Of a DNA stretch of 32,000 nt, positions 8,054 to 16,475 are shown in pieces. Every line of letters starts with the position of its first letter. Position 1 is the stretch's first letter. Under the pieces are notes generated by a model. It was not told where the DNA came from. It did no database searches and worked only from the letters and a program-made list of their open reading frames with translations. The stretch is from Crocosphaera subtropica ATCC 51142 (GTDB lineage Bacteria > Cyanobacteriota > Cyanobacteriia > Cyanobacteriales > Microcystaceae): positions 510,001-542,000 of the forward strand of contig NC_010546.1 of the NCBI RefSeq assembly GCF_000017845.1, written 5' to 3'. The position numbers and the translations under genes are program-made.

Positions 8054-11000
8054 TCATACGTCATCAATGGGTAAACCTAACTTTTGTTTCACACTAAACC
8101 ATTTACCCCGTAATTTCCAGAATTTACTGGTTTTCATTGCTTCTATTTCAGTAGAAGCCACTTCTAATTGCTGTTGTAAACGAGTAATTTCGCCACTATA
8201 ATAAGTAGAATTTTGAGACTGTTGACGACATTCTTCTAATGCTTGTTGATACTGCTGAACTTGATGACGAATATTGGCTAATTCTTGTTGGGTTTGTTCA
8301 ACAAGATTGTTCGCTTGTTTAACTAAACTTTGTTGTTTTCTTAAGGCGTTCCAAATTGGTGGAGTTAGTTCTGTTTTCTCCTGTTTAATCTTATTTGCAG
8401 TTTTCAAGAAAACATCTGCCATAATATCTGCCATCTTTGACCAAGAAAATTGTTGAATTTGCTCAAATCCTGCCTTAATTAATTGTTGCCGAATCTCAGG
8501 ATTTTGCACTTTATAAAGGGCATCCATTAAGTCACATTCATTAGATTGTTCAACATATAAAGCAGCATCTCCTGCGACTTCAGGAATGGAAGAATGGCAA
8601 CTGGTAATCACAGGACAACCACAGGCCATTGCTTCTAAAATAGGTAAGCCAAATCCTTCATATTTAGATGTACAAATATAAACCAATGCACCTGAATAAG
8701 CTCTTTTTAATTCTTCATCTTCTAAGGGTAATACATGGGTAGTGACATCTTGAGAAAGCTGAACTAATTCGGGTTCTAATTCTGATTTTCCTCCCACACA
8801 CACAATAGAAAATTCTTTTTTATTAACCAGTTTTGAGAAGGTTCTAAATAAATAAATAGCATTTTTATAACTATTAACTCCCATTCTTTCCCCTACTAAC
8901 AGCACATAAGGTTTATCAATATTGTACTTCTGTTTAAAATTATCAATTTCTTGATCACTCGCTGGAGAAAAAACTGATTTCAGTCCACAATGAGCAACTG
9001 TTACGTTATCAGGTGAAATATGGGGAAAGAACTTGGTTAAATCATAGGCTGTATTTTCAGATATGGTAATGTAGCTAGAAGCGTGCATAATACCATAGTG
9101 TTTTTCTCGCCAACCAACATTATCTAAATCTACTCCCATCACCTCTGGAATCATATCATAGCCCATAAAAACTGATGGGGTAGATAGGGGTATGGTGTAA
9201 TAAGTTGAAATGAATAAATCGGCCCCCTTTTCATCACAAATTTCCTGGAGCATTCGAGAATCTACATCAGTTTGGGTATAGTCAAAAGCGGGAACAGGAC
9301 GATAGCGAATATTGGGAATTCTGGGGGCTGTTCCTGCACGATCTAAAACAATGATATGCTGATAAAATCCATTTTCTGACCAGCATTCTAATAAGCTTTT
9401 CCAAACTTGTGCAATACCAGAATTAGCAAATTGGAAGAAGACTCCATCAATAACAATTTGAGGAAATGGTTTTTTAAGACTCATCGTTTTTTCTTGAATT
9501 TCTTGAGAAGTTAGAAAATGCCATGTTTGATCATTTGTATTTCTTTGCATCAAAGGAACAATACCACAAATATCAGCCGGTTCAGCAATGGTATTGTCGC
9601 TTACCCATGATAAATAATCTTTGAGAAATACGGGAAAATCTGTTGCTTCTTGCAAATCTTTCCATTCTTGCAGAGCATTTTCATAACCATAATAGCTTTC
9701 TTTAAAGTCTAGTTGATCAGGAGTCACATAAGCAAAATGCTGAAAAAGTAACCCATATTTTTCAGTTTCTTTGTGTAAAAAGGGATTAATCTTTGCTACA
9801 TCTTGAATTTGACCATCGGGTTGAGAACGGACTAATCTTGGGGGTTCATGAGCTTCCCAACTATCTCCTGGTTGAAAACGCCACACTCTTAACCATTCTT
9901 GATGAGGATTTTGTGTGTAACAATAACGACTACTAATGATCAGTTTTTCTCCTACAAAATACCAGCACCAAAAATAAGCAGATGTTTTCTCAGGATGCTT
10001 ATTAAATAGTTCTTTTGCTTGAATAATTTGCTCCACTGTCCATAACTCATCGACATCAATTTGCCACAGAAGACAGTCTTCTTTAATATTAGTTAAAGGC
10101 GCATTAACCATTTCTCGTTTACCGTCCCAAAACTGCCCTTTTTGTTTGCGGTAAATGGTAATATTATCGGGATATTGCTGTTGTAAATTATCTAAATATT
10201 CCGTTGTTCCATCAACACTACATCCTTGATTATGAATCTTCTCTAAAATTTCTCCTCCTGCTGCTAAACTCCAAGCTGTATCATGTCTTAATTCTGCTAC
10301 TCCTTCAATAATATGCCAATGCCATTTAAAAGGAAGTTGTCGTAAAACATTAATATGATATTCAATGAAAGGCTGTCCATTTAAAACAATGGTAAAAAAG
10401 TGAATGGGTTGCTCCTCTAAGGGGGTGACTGGAGGTTGATAAATAGACAAAGAATCAACTCTGATAAAAATAGAATAACCATTACGAAGGGTAGGATTAT
10501 GCTGAATCAATTTATAGTTAGGATCAGATAATAAGCGATGATGACTTTGCCAATTTTTGTAAGTACAAATATCATCTAAAAGAATAATTTTTGCGCCGTA
10601 AACTTGATCTAATTCTACCGCTCCTGTAAACTCAGATCCATCAATTAATACCAGATCAAATTGTTGTATATTATTTTCTTGTTTGATGATTTCAATACCA
10701 TTTTCAGCCACTTCAGCATCTTTGACGTAATCAATATCTTGACGCAACCAACCTAAAACTCTATCTAGGGGATATTCATTCAAGGGTGTTTGATAAGAGT
10801 CATAAAATTGAGTAACCGTTGCTTCATCAGGAAATTGATTAATTGCAATGGAAGAGACATTATAACATTTAACAAATGAATCATTAAGATAATAATTTTT
10901 TAAAGCATTAAAACGAGTTTGAGAAACTTCCATACAAAATAAAGTAGGTTGGTTGGGATTTTCTCTTAACCCTTTAACAAAAGCTTCTGTACTTCCTTGT

Positions 11001-11140
11001 CCTGAAGACGAACCTATTTCTAACACAGTTTTAATGTGACTATAACGAGCAATTTCTTGAATCGCTTGATAAAAATCGTCATTTTTGATTTCAGGATCAA
11101 TAATAAAATTAAGTTCTGATTTTGTTGTGTTAGTTGTCAT
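8054..11140 (-). CDS. Four-part giant enzyme: class I methyltransferase, then GT-A-like domain, then GT4 (GT-B) glycosyltransferase, then coiled coil with SKFWKLR tail
   Basis: N-terminus 'VLEIGSSSGQGSTEAF' and 'DLVLIDGSEFTG'. The middle has 'FFTIVLNGQPFIEYHINVL' and a DxD-like 'QIDVDELW'. GT4 part 'IVIDGVFFQFANSGIAQVWKSLLE' and 'SKYEGFGLPILEAMACGCPVITSCHSSIPEVAGDAALYV'. ~70-aa Q-rich coil. Tail MKTSKFWKLRGKWFSVKQKLGLPIDDV. Confidence 0.8.
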   Translation of the reverse strand: MTTNTTKSELNFIIDPEIKNDDFYQAIQEIARYSHIKTVLEIGSSSGQGSTEAFVKGLRENPNQPTLFCMEVSQTRFNALKNYYLNDSFVKCYNVSSIAINQFPDEATVTQFYDSYQTPLNEYPLDRVLGWLRQDIDYVKDAEVAENGIEIIKQENNIQQFDLVLIDGSEFTGAVELDQVYGAKIILLDDICTYKNWQSHHRLLSDPNYKLIQHNPTLRNGYSIFIRVDSLSIYQPPVTPLEEQPIHFFTIVLNGQPFIEYHINVLRQLPFKWHWHIIEGVAELRHDTAWSLAAGGEILEKIHNQGCSVDGTTEYLDNLQQQYPDNITIYRKQKGQFWDGKREMVNAPLTNIKEDCLLWQIDVDELWTVEQIIQAKELFNKHPEKTSAYFWCWYFVGEKLIISSRYCYTQNPHQEWLRVWRFQPGDSWEAHEPPRLVRSQPDGQIQDVAKINPFLHKETEKYGLLFQHFAYVTPDQLDFKESYYGYENALQEWKDLQEATDFPVFLKDYLSWVSDNTIAEPADICGIVPLMQRNTNDQTWHFLTSQEIQEKTMSLKKPFPQIVIDGVFFQFANSGIAQVWKSLLECWSENGFYQHIIVLDRAGTAPRIPNIRYRPVPAFDYTQTDVDSRMLQEICDEKGADLFISTYYTIPLSTPSVFMGYDMIPEVMGVDLDNVGWREKHYGIMHASSYITISENTAYDLTKFFPHISPDNVTVAHCGLKSVFSPASDQEIDNFKQKYNIDKPYVLLVGERMGVNSYKNAIYLFRTFSKLVNKKEFSIVCVGGKSELEPELVQLSQDVTTHVLPLEDEELKRAYSGALVYICTSKYEGFGLPILEAMACGCPVITSCHSSIPEVAGDAALYVEQSNECDLMDALYKVQNPEIRQQLIKAGFEQIQQFSWSKMADIMADVFLKTANKIKQEKTELTPPIWNALRKQQSLVKQANNLVEQTQQELANIRHQVQQYQQALEECRQQSQNSTYYSGEITRLQQQLEVASTEIEAMKTSKFWKLRGKWFSVKQKLGLPIDDV
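8057..8137 (-). repeat. Copy 4 of the SKFWKLR tail (C-terminal)
   Basis: Encodes MKTSKFWKLRGKWFSVKQKLGLPIDDV on the minus strand. The SKFWKLR codons are at 8108-8128 (plus-strand ccgtaatttccagaatttact). Confidence 0.9.
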
Positions 11141-11180
11141 AATTGTAGTTACCTAAATAATGATTAAAAGATTGGAGAAT

Positions 11181-12068
11181 TTAAGATATAGATTTTTTTA
11201 ATTGTTCCTGTAATTTGTGATTTTCTTTTTCTAGGGTTTGATATTTTTCTTCTAACATTGAATACTGCTCTTGAAAATAATCTCTACTTTCTTCAGTAGC
11301 AGCTAACCATTCCCTTAAATTAATCACAAACTCTTGATATTTCAAAATCCTTCGTTTCATCCAGTAGGGAGTTTGATACAGGGGATGTTGATTTTGAATA
11401 CGATAAGATTCAGGAACAGAAATTTTAATTTGACTAGATAATCCCCCTAAATAGTAAGAACTAATTAATCTAGGATAATAACTTAATTTAACGGTTTCAT
11501 GACTAGCTAATCTTAAAAACCATTCGTAGTCTGATGATATTTGATAATTCTCATTAAAAAATCCCACCTTCGAGAAAAAAAGGTCAGCCTTAGAAAAACT
11601 TGCTTGATGAGGAAGACAACCACAAACTAATTCATCAAGAACCTTTTCTGGAGGAGGGGGATTAACATTAATTAAACGCCCCGAAGGATAACGAACTTCT
11701 AAATCTCCATAAATAAATTCAGAAGAAGGATGTTCTATTATATAGTTGGCCACATCAGAAATGACACGATTATCAACAAAATAATCATCAGCATTAATAA
11801 AGCAGAGAAAGTCTCCAGTTGAATACCTGATTGCCTTATTCATTGCTGAATAAATACCCTCATCAGGTTCACTAATAAACTTAGCAATTTTTCCTAGATA
11901 TTTTTCAATGATTGAGATTGTGTTATCTTGAGAATCACCATCAATAATAATATATTCAAGGTTAGAATAATCTTGATTCACAACACTCTGTATTACTTTC
12001 TCTATGAAGTTCTCAGCATTCCTACAAACAGTAATGACTGAGATTCTTATTTTGTTTGAGTTAAGCAT
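11181..12068 (-). CDS. GT2-family (GT-A) glycosyltransferase with a short C-terminal coiled coil and no SKFWKLR tail
   Basis: 'ISVITVCRNAENFIEKVIQSVVNQDYSNLEYIIIDGDSQDNT' and the 'FINADDYF' DxD region. C-terminus 'EQYSMLEEKYQTLEKENHKLQEQLKKSIS'. Lies 40 nt upstream of the 8054-11140 gene on the same strand, so probably co-transcribed. Confidence 0.8.
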   Translation of the reverse strand: MLNSNKIRISVITVCRNAENFIEKVIQSVVNQDYSNLEYIIIDGDSQDNTISIIEKYLGKIAKFISEPDEGIYSAMNKAIRYSTGDFLCFINADDYFVDNRVISDVANYIIEHPSSEFIYGDLEVRYPSGRLINVNPPPPEKVLDELVCGCLPHQASFSKADLFFSKVGFFNENYQISSDYEWFLRLASHETVKLSYYPRLISSYYLGGLSSQIKISVPESYRIQNQHPLYQTPYWMKRRILKYQEFVINLREWLAATEESRDYFQEQYSMLEEKYQTLEKENHKLQEQLKKSIS

Positions 12069-12310
12069 TGCTCCAAGGTTAGTTTAGCTTTGTCATATCA
12101 TGTTCAGATGAATGAATATTTGTCAACTGTAAATGTTGGTTTGTTCTACAAGCTTGAAGCCATTAAGTATTGGCCCGCCCTAGCTTTCAGTAATAACAAA
12201 GAGAAGGGAACTTATTGGTTAGCTCCTACCTCATTAAGATAAAAAAGACTGACTTTCTTAATAAATGTTTCATCAGTTATGTAAAGTTAGGATATGCTAT
12301 TGGGAGTTAA
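12069..12310. promoter_or_regulatory. Divergent intergenic region that presumably carries promoters for the minus-strand pair and the long plus-strand operon
   Basis: 242-bp AT-rich non-coding gap between divergently oriented start codons. No confidently assignable -35/-10 pair. The call rests on gene geometry only. Confidence 0.3.
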
Positions 12311-13285
12311 ATGATTGTGAGGAGTGTTTTCATGGATTGTAGCTCAATCATCAAACAGATAGAAGATGATCGCAACATCTGTGCTGGAGATGATCCTAGA
12401 CGGTTAGAACATTTTGGCTTTAAAGTATATTCTCAATCTGATGAAGATGGGATCATAGAAGAAATTTTTAATCGAATCGGTATTAAATCAAAGATTTTTG
12501 TTGATTTTGGTGCCGAAAGAGGAGAAGAGAATAATAGTCGCTATCTTTTAGAAAAAGGATGGACTGGTTTATGGATAGAAGCGTCCCCAGATTATGCACA
12601 ATACCTTCGTTCTCTTCATGAGGAAGCGATTAGGGAAGGTCGGTTAAAGTTTATTGAAGCTGCAGTTACCGCAGAAAATATTAATGAGTTAATGAGTCGG
12701 GCTGGTATTACAGGAGAAATTGATTTTCTTTCAGTGGATATCGATGGTAATGATTATCATGTTTATGATGCTATTTCGGTGATACAACCAAGGGTGGTTT
12801 GTTTAGAGCATAATCACTGTTACCCACCACCGAAAGAATGGGTTATGCCTTACGATCCTAACCATCGTTGGACAGCAGGGTCTAGTTATTATGGTGCTTC
12901 CATTGCTTCCTTTGAAAAGCTGGCCCGAAGTAAAGGCATGATCTTAGTGGGTTGCGGTTTATATTCCCCGAATGGATTTTATGTACGAGAAGATTTAGTT
13001 AATGATAATTTTTCTGGACCATTTAATTGTGAAAGATTTTTTAACCGATTAGATTATGAGAAAATTGTTAGTTTTCCTCGTAAAGAATTGAAACAAACCG
13101 AAGAAATTGAAGTCCCTCAAACCCAAGAAATAACAGAAGAAGATTATAAAACGAAGTGGATAGAAGCTGAAAAGCAACTTAAGGAAGCACAAGAAGAAAT
13201 CGAAGCGATGAAAACCAGTAAATTCTGGAAGTTGAGATCGCTTTGGTTTAAGTTTAAGAAAAATTTAGGTTTATCTACTCAATAA
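12311..13285 (+). CDS. FkbM-like methyltransferase with a short coiled coil and SKFWKLR tail
   Basis: 'FVDFGAERGEENNS' and 'FLSVDIDGNDYHVYDA' resemble the two FkbM signature strands, but are divergent. Tail MKTSKFWKLRSLWFKFKKNLGLSTQ. An alternative in-frame start at 12332 (MDCSS) has a better-spaced GAGGAG at 12319-12324. Confidence 0.65.
   Translation: MIVRSVFMDCSSIIKQIEDDRNICAGDDPRRLEHFGFKVYSQSDEDGIIEEIFNRIGIKSKIFVDFGAERGEENNSRYLLEKGWTGLWIEASPDYAQYLRSLHEEAIREGRLKFIEAAVTAENINELMSRAGITGEIDFLSVDIDGNDYHVYDAISVIQPRVVCLEHNHCYPPPKEWVMPYDPNHRWTAGSSYYGASIASFEKLARSKGMILVGCGLYSPNGFYVREDLVNDNFSGPFNCERFFNRLDYEKIVSFPRKELKQTEEIEVPQTQEITEEDYKTKWIEAEKQLKEAQEEIEAMKTSKFWKLRSLWFKFKKNLGLSTQ
13208..13282 (+). 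repeat. Copy 5 of the SKFWKLR tail (C-terminal)
   Basis: Encodes MKTSKFWKLRSLWFKFKKNLGLSTQ. DNA core agtaaattctggaagttgaga at 13217-13237. Confidence 0.9.
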
Positions 13286-13357
13286 GATTATAAAAATTTC
13301 GCTCATCACTGTTTCTTTAATGCCAATCGTTTAAAATTGCCATCAAAATAAGGAATT

Positions 13358-14797
13358 ATGAAATCTACAACAGCTAAACAAAAAAATAATCACAAGACAA
13401 ATCAAAATTATCTTTTTCCTCCTGAAATTTGGAGAAAAAGGAACCTATTATACTATCAAGATATAGAAAGATTCTATCGATTTTATGTTAACTCTAATTC
13501 TAAGGTTTTAGAAGTAGGTTCAGGAACGGGTTATTTATTAGCCTCTGTCAATCCTGAGTATGGCTTAGGAATTGATATTAATGAGCAAGCCATAGAATAT
13601 GCAAGATATCGCTTTCCTGATTTAGATTTTATCTTGGAAGATGGGGAACATTATAATTCTAATCAAAAATTTGATTATATTCTTTTCGCTAATACCGTTA
13701 GTTATCTTCATGACCTACATAAAACCTTTAGCAATTTAGCTAGTTGTTGTCATCCTAACACTCGTTTAATTTTAACTTTTCATAATCCGGCTTGGGAAAT
13801 TATTCTAAGACTAGCCACTTTATTGAAACAAAGGACACCAATTGATAACTTAAATTGGTTAAGTTATGAAGATATTAGAAATATTCTTAATTTGAATGGA
13901 TTTGAAGTTATCTGTCATCATAAACAAATGCTACTACCGAGGCGTATTTTTGGCTTATCTTGGCTATTAAATAAAATAATTGCGCCCCTTCCTTTGATTA
14001 ATCAACTATGTTTAACCGAATCCATTATTGCTAGACCAAAAATTAATCAAACTGATACAGTCAAGCAACATCAAACCTTAACTTGTTCTGTCATTATTCC
14101 TGCCCGTAATGAAGCTGGAAATATTGAAAGTTGTGTCACCCGAATGCCTCCTTTGGGAAAACACACGGAAATTATTTTTATTGAAGGTCATTCAAAAGAC
14201 AATACTTGGGAAGAAATTCAAAGAGTACAAGCAAAATATGGTCATCAATGGGACATCAAAATTTGTCAGCAAACCGGTAAAGGGAAAGGGGATGCGGTAC
14301 GTCAAGGGTTTGCGATGGCAACAGGGGACATTTTGATGATTTTGGACTCTGATTTAACCGTTAGACCCGAAGATTTAACCCATTTCTTTGATGCCTTGGC
14401 TTCAGGTGCTTGTGAATTTGCTAATGGTTGTCGTTTAGTGTATCCAGTTCATCCTCAAGCCATGCCTTGGTTGAATCGCATGGCCAACCGATTTTTTGCT
14501 TGGTTACTCTCCTATTTACTAGGCATAAAAATCAAAGACTCTCTTTGTGGAACTAAAGTATTATTTCGTCATCATTATCAACAGATTGCGGAAAACCGTT
14601 CCTACTTTGGAGATTTTGACCCCTTTGGGGATTTTGACTTATTATTCGGTGCAGCAAAACTGGGTTTACAGATGAAAGATGTGCCAGTTAGATATGACCC
14701 CAGAACCTATGGTTCGTCTAATATTCAACATTTTAAGGAGGGAATCGTTCTTTTAAAAATGTGTTTATTTGCAGCGAAAAAGATAAAATTCCGTTAA
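13358..14797 (+). CDS. Bifunctional class I SAM-methyltransferase / GT2 glycosyltransferase (polyprenyl-phosphate sugar synthase-like, DPM1/GtrB/ArnC type)
   Basis: N-terminus 'VLEVGSGTGYLLA' and 'FDYILFANTVSYL'. C-terminal half 'CSVIIPARNEAGNIESCV', 'GKGDAVRQGF' and 'ILDSDLTVRPED'. The polyprenyl-phosphate acceptor is inferred from motif style and the neighbouring GT-C genes. Confidence 0.7.
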   Translation: MKSTTAKQKNNHKTNQNYLFPPEIWRKRNLLYYQDIERFYRFYVNSNSKVLEVGSGTGYLLASVNPEYGLGIDINEQAIEYARYRFPDLDFILEDGEHYNSNQKFDYILFANTVSYLHDLHKTFSNLASCCHPNTRLILTFHNPAWEIILRLATLLKQRTPIDNLNWLSYEDIRNILNLNGFEVICHHKQMLLPRRIFGLSWLLNKIIAPLPLINQLCLTESIIARPKINQTDTVKQHQTLTCSVIIPARNEAGNIESCVTRMPPLGKHTEIIFIEGHSKDNTWEEIQRVQAKYGHQWDIKICQQTGKGKGDAVRQGFAMATGDILMILDSDLTVRPEDLTHFFDALASGACEFANGCRLVYPVHPQAMPWLNRMANRFFAWLLSYLLGIKIKDSLCGTKVLFRHHYQQIAENRSYFGDFDPFGDFDLLFGAAKLGLQMKDVPVRYDPRTYGSSNIQHFKEGIVLLKMCLFAAKKIKFR

Positions 14798-14805
14798 CTA
14801 TTAGC

Positions 14806-14828
14806 ACGACCTATGATGATTAGGTCGT
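14806..14828 (+). terminator. Perfect 8-bp hairpin 9 nt after the stop codon (intra-operon stem-loop; no U-tract)
   Basis: acgaccta (14806-14813), tgatgat loop, taggtcgt (14821-14828). It is followed by taatgag rather than a T-run, so it is weak as an intrinsic terminator. Confidence 0.25.
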
Positions 14829-14876
14829 TAATGAGATTCCTCGGTTACTCGAAATGACAATTAAAAAATATAAAAA

Positions 14877-15605
14877 ATGACTGAAATAATCCTACAAGAA
14901 CATAGATTAACCTGGGAAAAAAAGCCTATTTTACGAGCTTTGTACAGGACTTGGTATCAAGAAATGACCGCTCAACTCTCCCCTGGAGAAACCTTAGAAT
15001 TAGGCGGCGGTAGTGGTAATTTTAAAGAATTTGCTCCTAATGTTACTTCAAGTGATATTGTTCCGCTTCCCTGGATTGATGTAGTAGCCGATGCTCAAGA
15101 TATGCCATTTCAGGATCAATCTTTTGACAATATTGTGATGTTTGATGTCCTTCATCATATTGAAAATGTCACCCTCTTTTTTAACGAAGCTTTACGCATT
15201 CTTCGTCCAGGTGGGAGAATTATTATGATGGAGCCTTACATCTCACCCATTTCTTGGCTCATCTATCATTTCTTACATCCAGAACCTGTTAACTTTAAAC
15301 AAGATCCTTTAATCTTTGTTGAACCCTCTCCCAATCGTCAACCTTTTGATGCCAATCAAGCCTTTGCGACGACTTTATTTGAGCGAAAGTTCTCCCAGTT
15401 TAGAGATAAGTATCCCCAATTTTTAAAAGTTTATCATCGTCGTTTGTCATTTTTTATTTATCCTTTAAGTGGAGGCTTTGAAAAACCATCATTGGTGCCA
15501 ATGTTTTTATATAAACCCTTATTAAATTTAGAAAAGATGTTATCTTTTATGAGTCGATTACTTGCTTTTCGCATTTTAGTTGTTTTAGAAAAAAGGGAAG
15601 TTTAA
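14877..15605 (+). CDS. Class I SAM-dependent methyltransferase (Methyltransf_11-like)
   Basis: 'TLELGGGSGNFKEF', 'FDNIVMFDVLHHI' and 'LRPGGRIIMMEP'. Confidence 0.7.
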   Translation: MTEIILQEHRLTWEKKPILRALYRTWYQEMTAQLSPGETLELGGGSGNFKEFAPNVTSSDIVPLPWIDVVADAQDMPFQDQSFDNIVMFDVLHHIENVTLFFNEALRILRPGGRIIMMEPYISPISWLIYHFLHPEPVNFKQDPLIFVEPSPNRQPFDANQAFATTLFERKFSQFRDKYPQFLKVYHRRLSFFIYPLSGGFEKPSLVPMFLYKPLLNLEKMLSFMSRLLAFRILVVLEKREV

Positions 15606-15608
15606 ACC

Positions 15609-16463
15609 GTGAAATTTTCCACAGAAGGTAAAATTAAAATTGCTCGTTTACTTAGTCGTTTGATTGTGACTATTCGTTCTTGGTTTGGTTTATCTCCTGT
15701 AACAAGGGTGAAACGTCGAGGGATTAAATGGTTTCTAGATTTACGAGAAGGAATTGATCTGGCTATTTATTTAAACGTCTATGAACCAGAAACCCTTAAT
15801 TCTTTTAAATCTCTTATTAAACCTGGGGATGTTGTCTTAGATATTGGGGCAAATATTGGTGCGATGACCCTTCCTTTAGCTCAAGCAGTAGGAGAAACGG
15901 GTCAAGTAATTTCCTTTGAACCAACAATTTGGGCCTACGAAAAATTACAACGAAATTTAGTCCTTAACCCTCAATTAATCAATCGTGTTCAAGCCGAACA
16001 AATTATGTTATTAGATAGAGGAGAAAATCCTCCCGCTTTAGTTTATTCCAGTTGGGATTTAACGGCTGAAGTTGATAATAATCCGAGTATTCATCCCCTT
16101 CATCAAGGAAAATTAATGACAACAGATGGCGTTAAAGGTATTTCTTTAGATGAATATTGTGAACAACAGAGAATAGAACAAATTGACTTAATTAAATTAG
16201 ATGTGGATGGTTATGAACTAACGGTATTAAACGGGGCAAAGAAAACTTTAAGACAGTATCGCCCAAAAATAATTATGGAAATGGCTTTATATGTACAAGA
16301 AGAACGCGAACAAATTGATGAATTACTAATAACTTTACAAGAAGCTGACTATCAATTAGTACAGTTAACTAACAGTCAGCCTATTGCCATGAATCAAACC
16401 GCATTAGAAAAGCTGTGTCATAAAGCTGGTGGCATCAATGTTCTTGCTATTCCTAAGCCCTAA
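15609..16463 (+). CDS. FkbM-family methyltransferase
   Basis: GTG start 3 nt after the upstream stop. 'VVLDIGANIGAMTLPLA', 'VISFEP' and 'LIKLDVDGYELTVLNGA'. Confidence 0.8.
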   Translation: MKFSTEGKIKIARLLSRLIVTIRSWFGLSPVTRVKRRGIKWFLDLREGIDLAIYLNVYEPETLNSFKSLIKPGDVVLDIGANIGAMTLPLAQAVGETGQVISFEPTIWAYEKLQRNLVLNPQLINRVQAEQIMLLDRGENPPALVYSSWDLTAEVDNNPSIHPLHQGKLMTTDGVKGISLDEYCEQQRIEQIDLIKLDVDGYELTVLNGAKKTLRQYRPKIIMEMALYVQEEREQIDELLITLQEADYQLVQLTNSQPIAMNQTALEKLCHKAGGINVLAIPKP

Positions 16464-16475
16464 AGGAGATTAATT

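Noticed and set aside
12311-12331. The first seven codons (MIVRSVF) of the 12311-13285 ORF as genuine coding sequence.
   Set aside because: This is not decided. The in-frame ATG at 12332 has a better-spaced GAGGAG Shine-Dalgarno-like sequence (12319-12324). I kept the longer coordinates from the ORF track and flagged the alternative rather than reporting two features.
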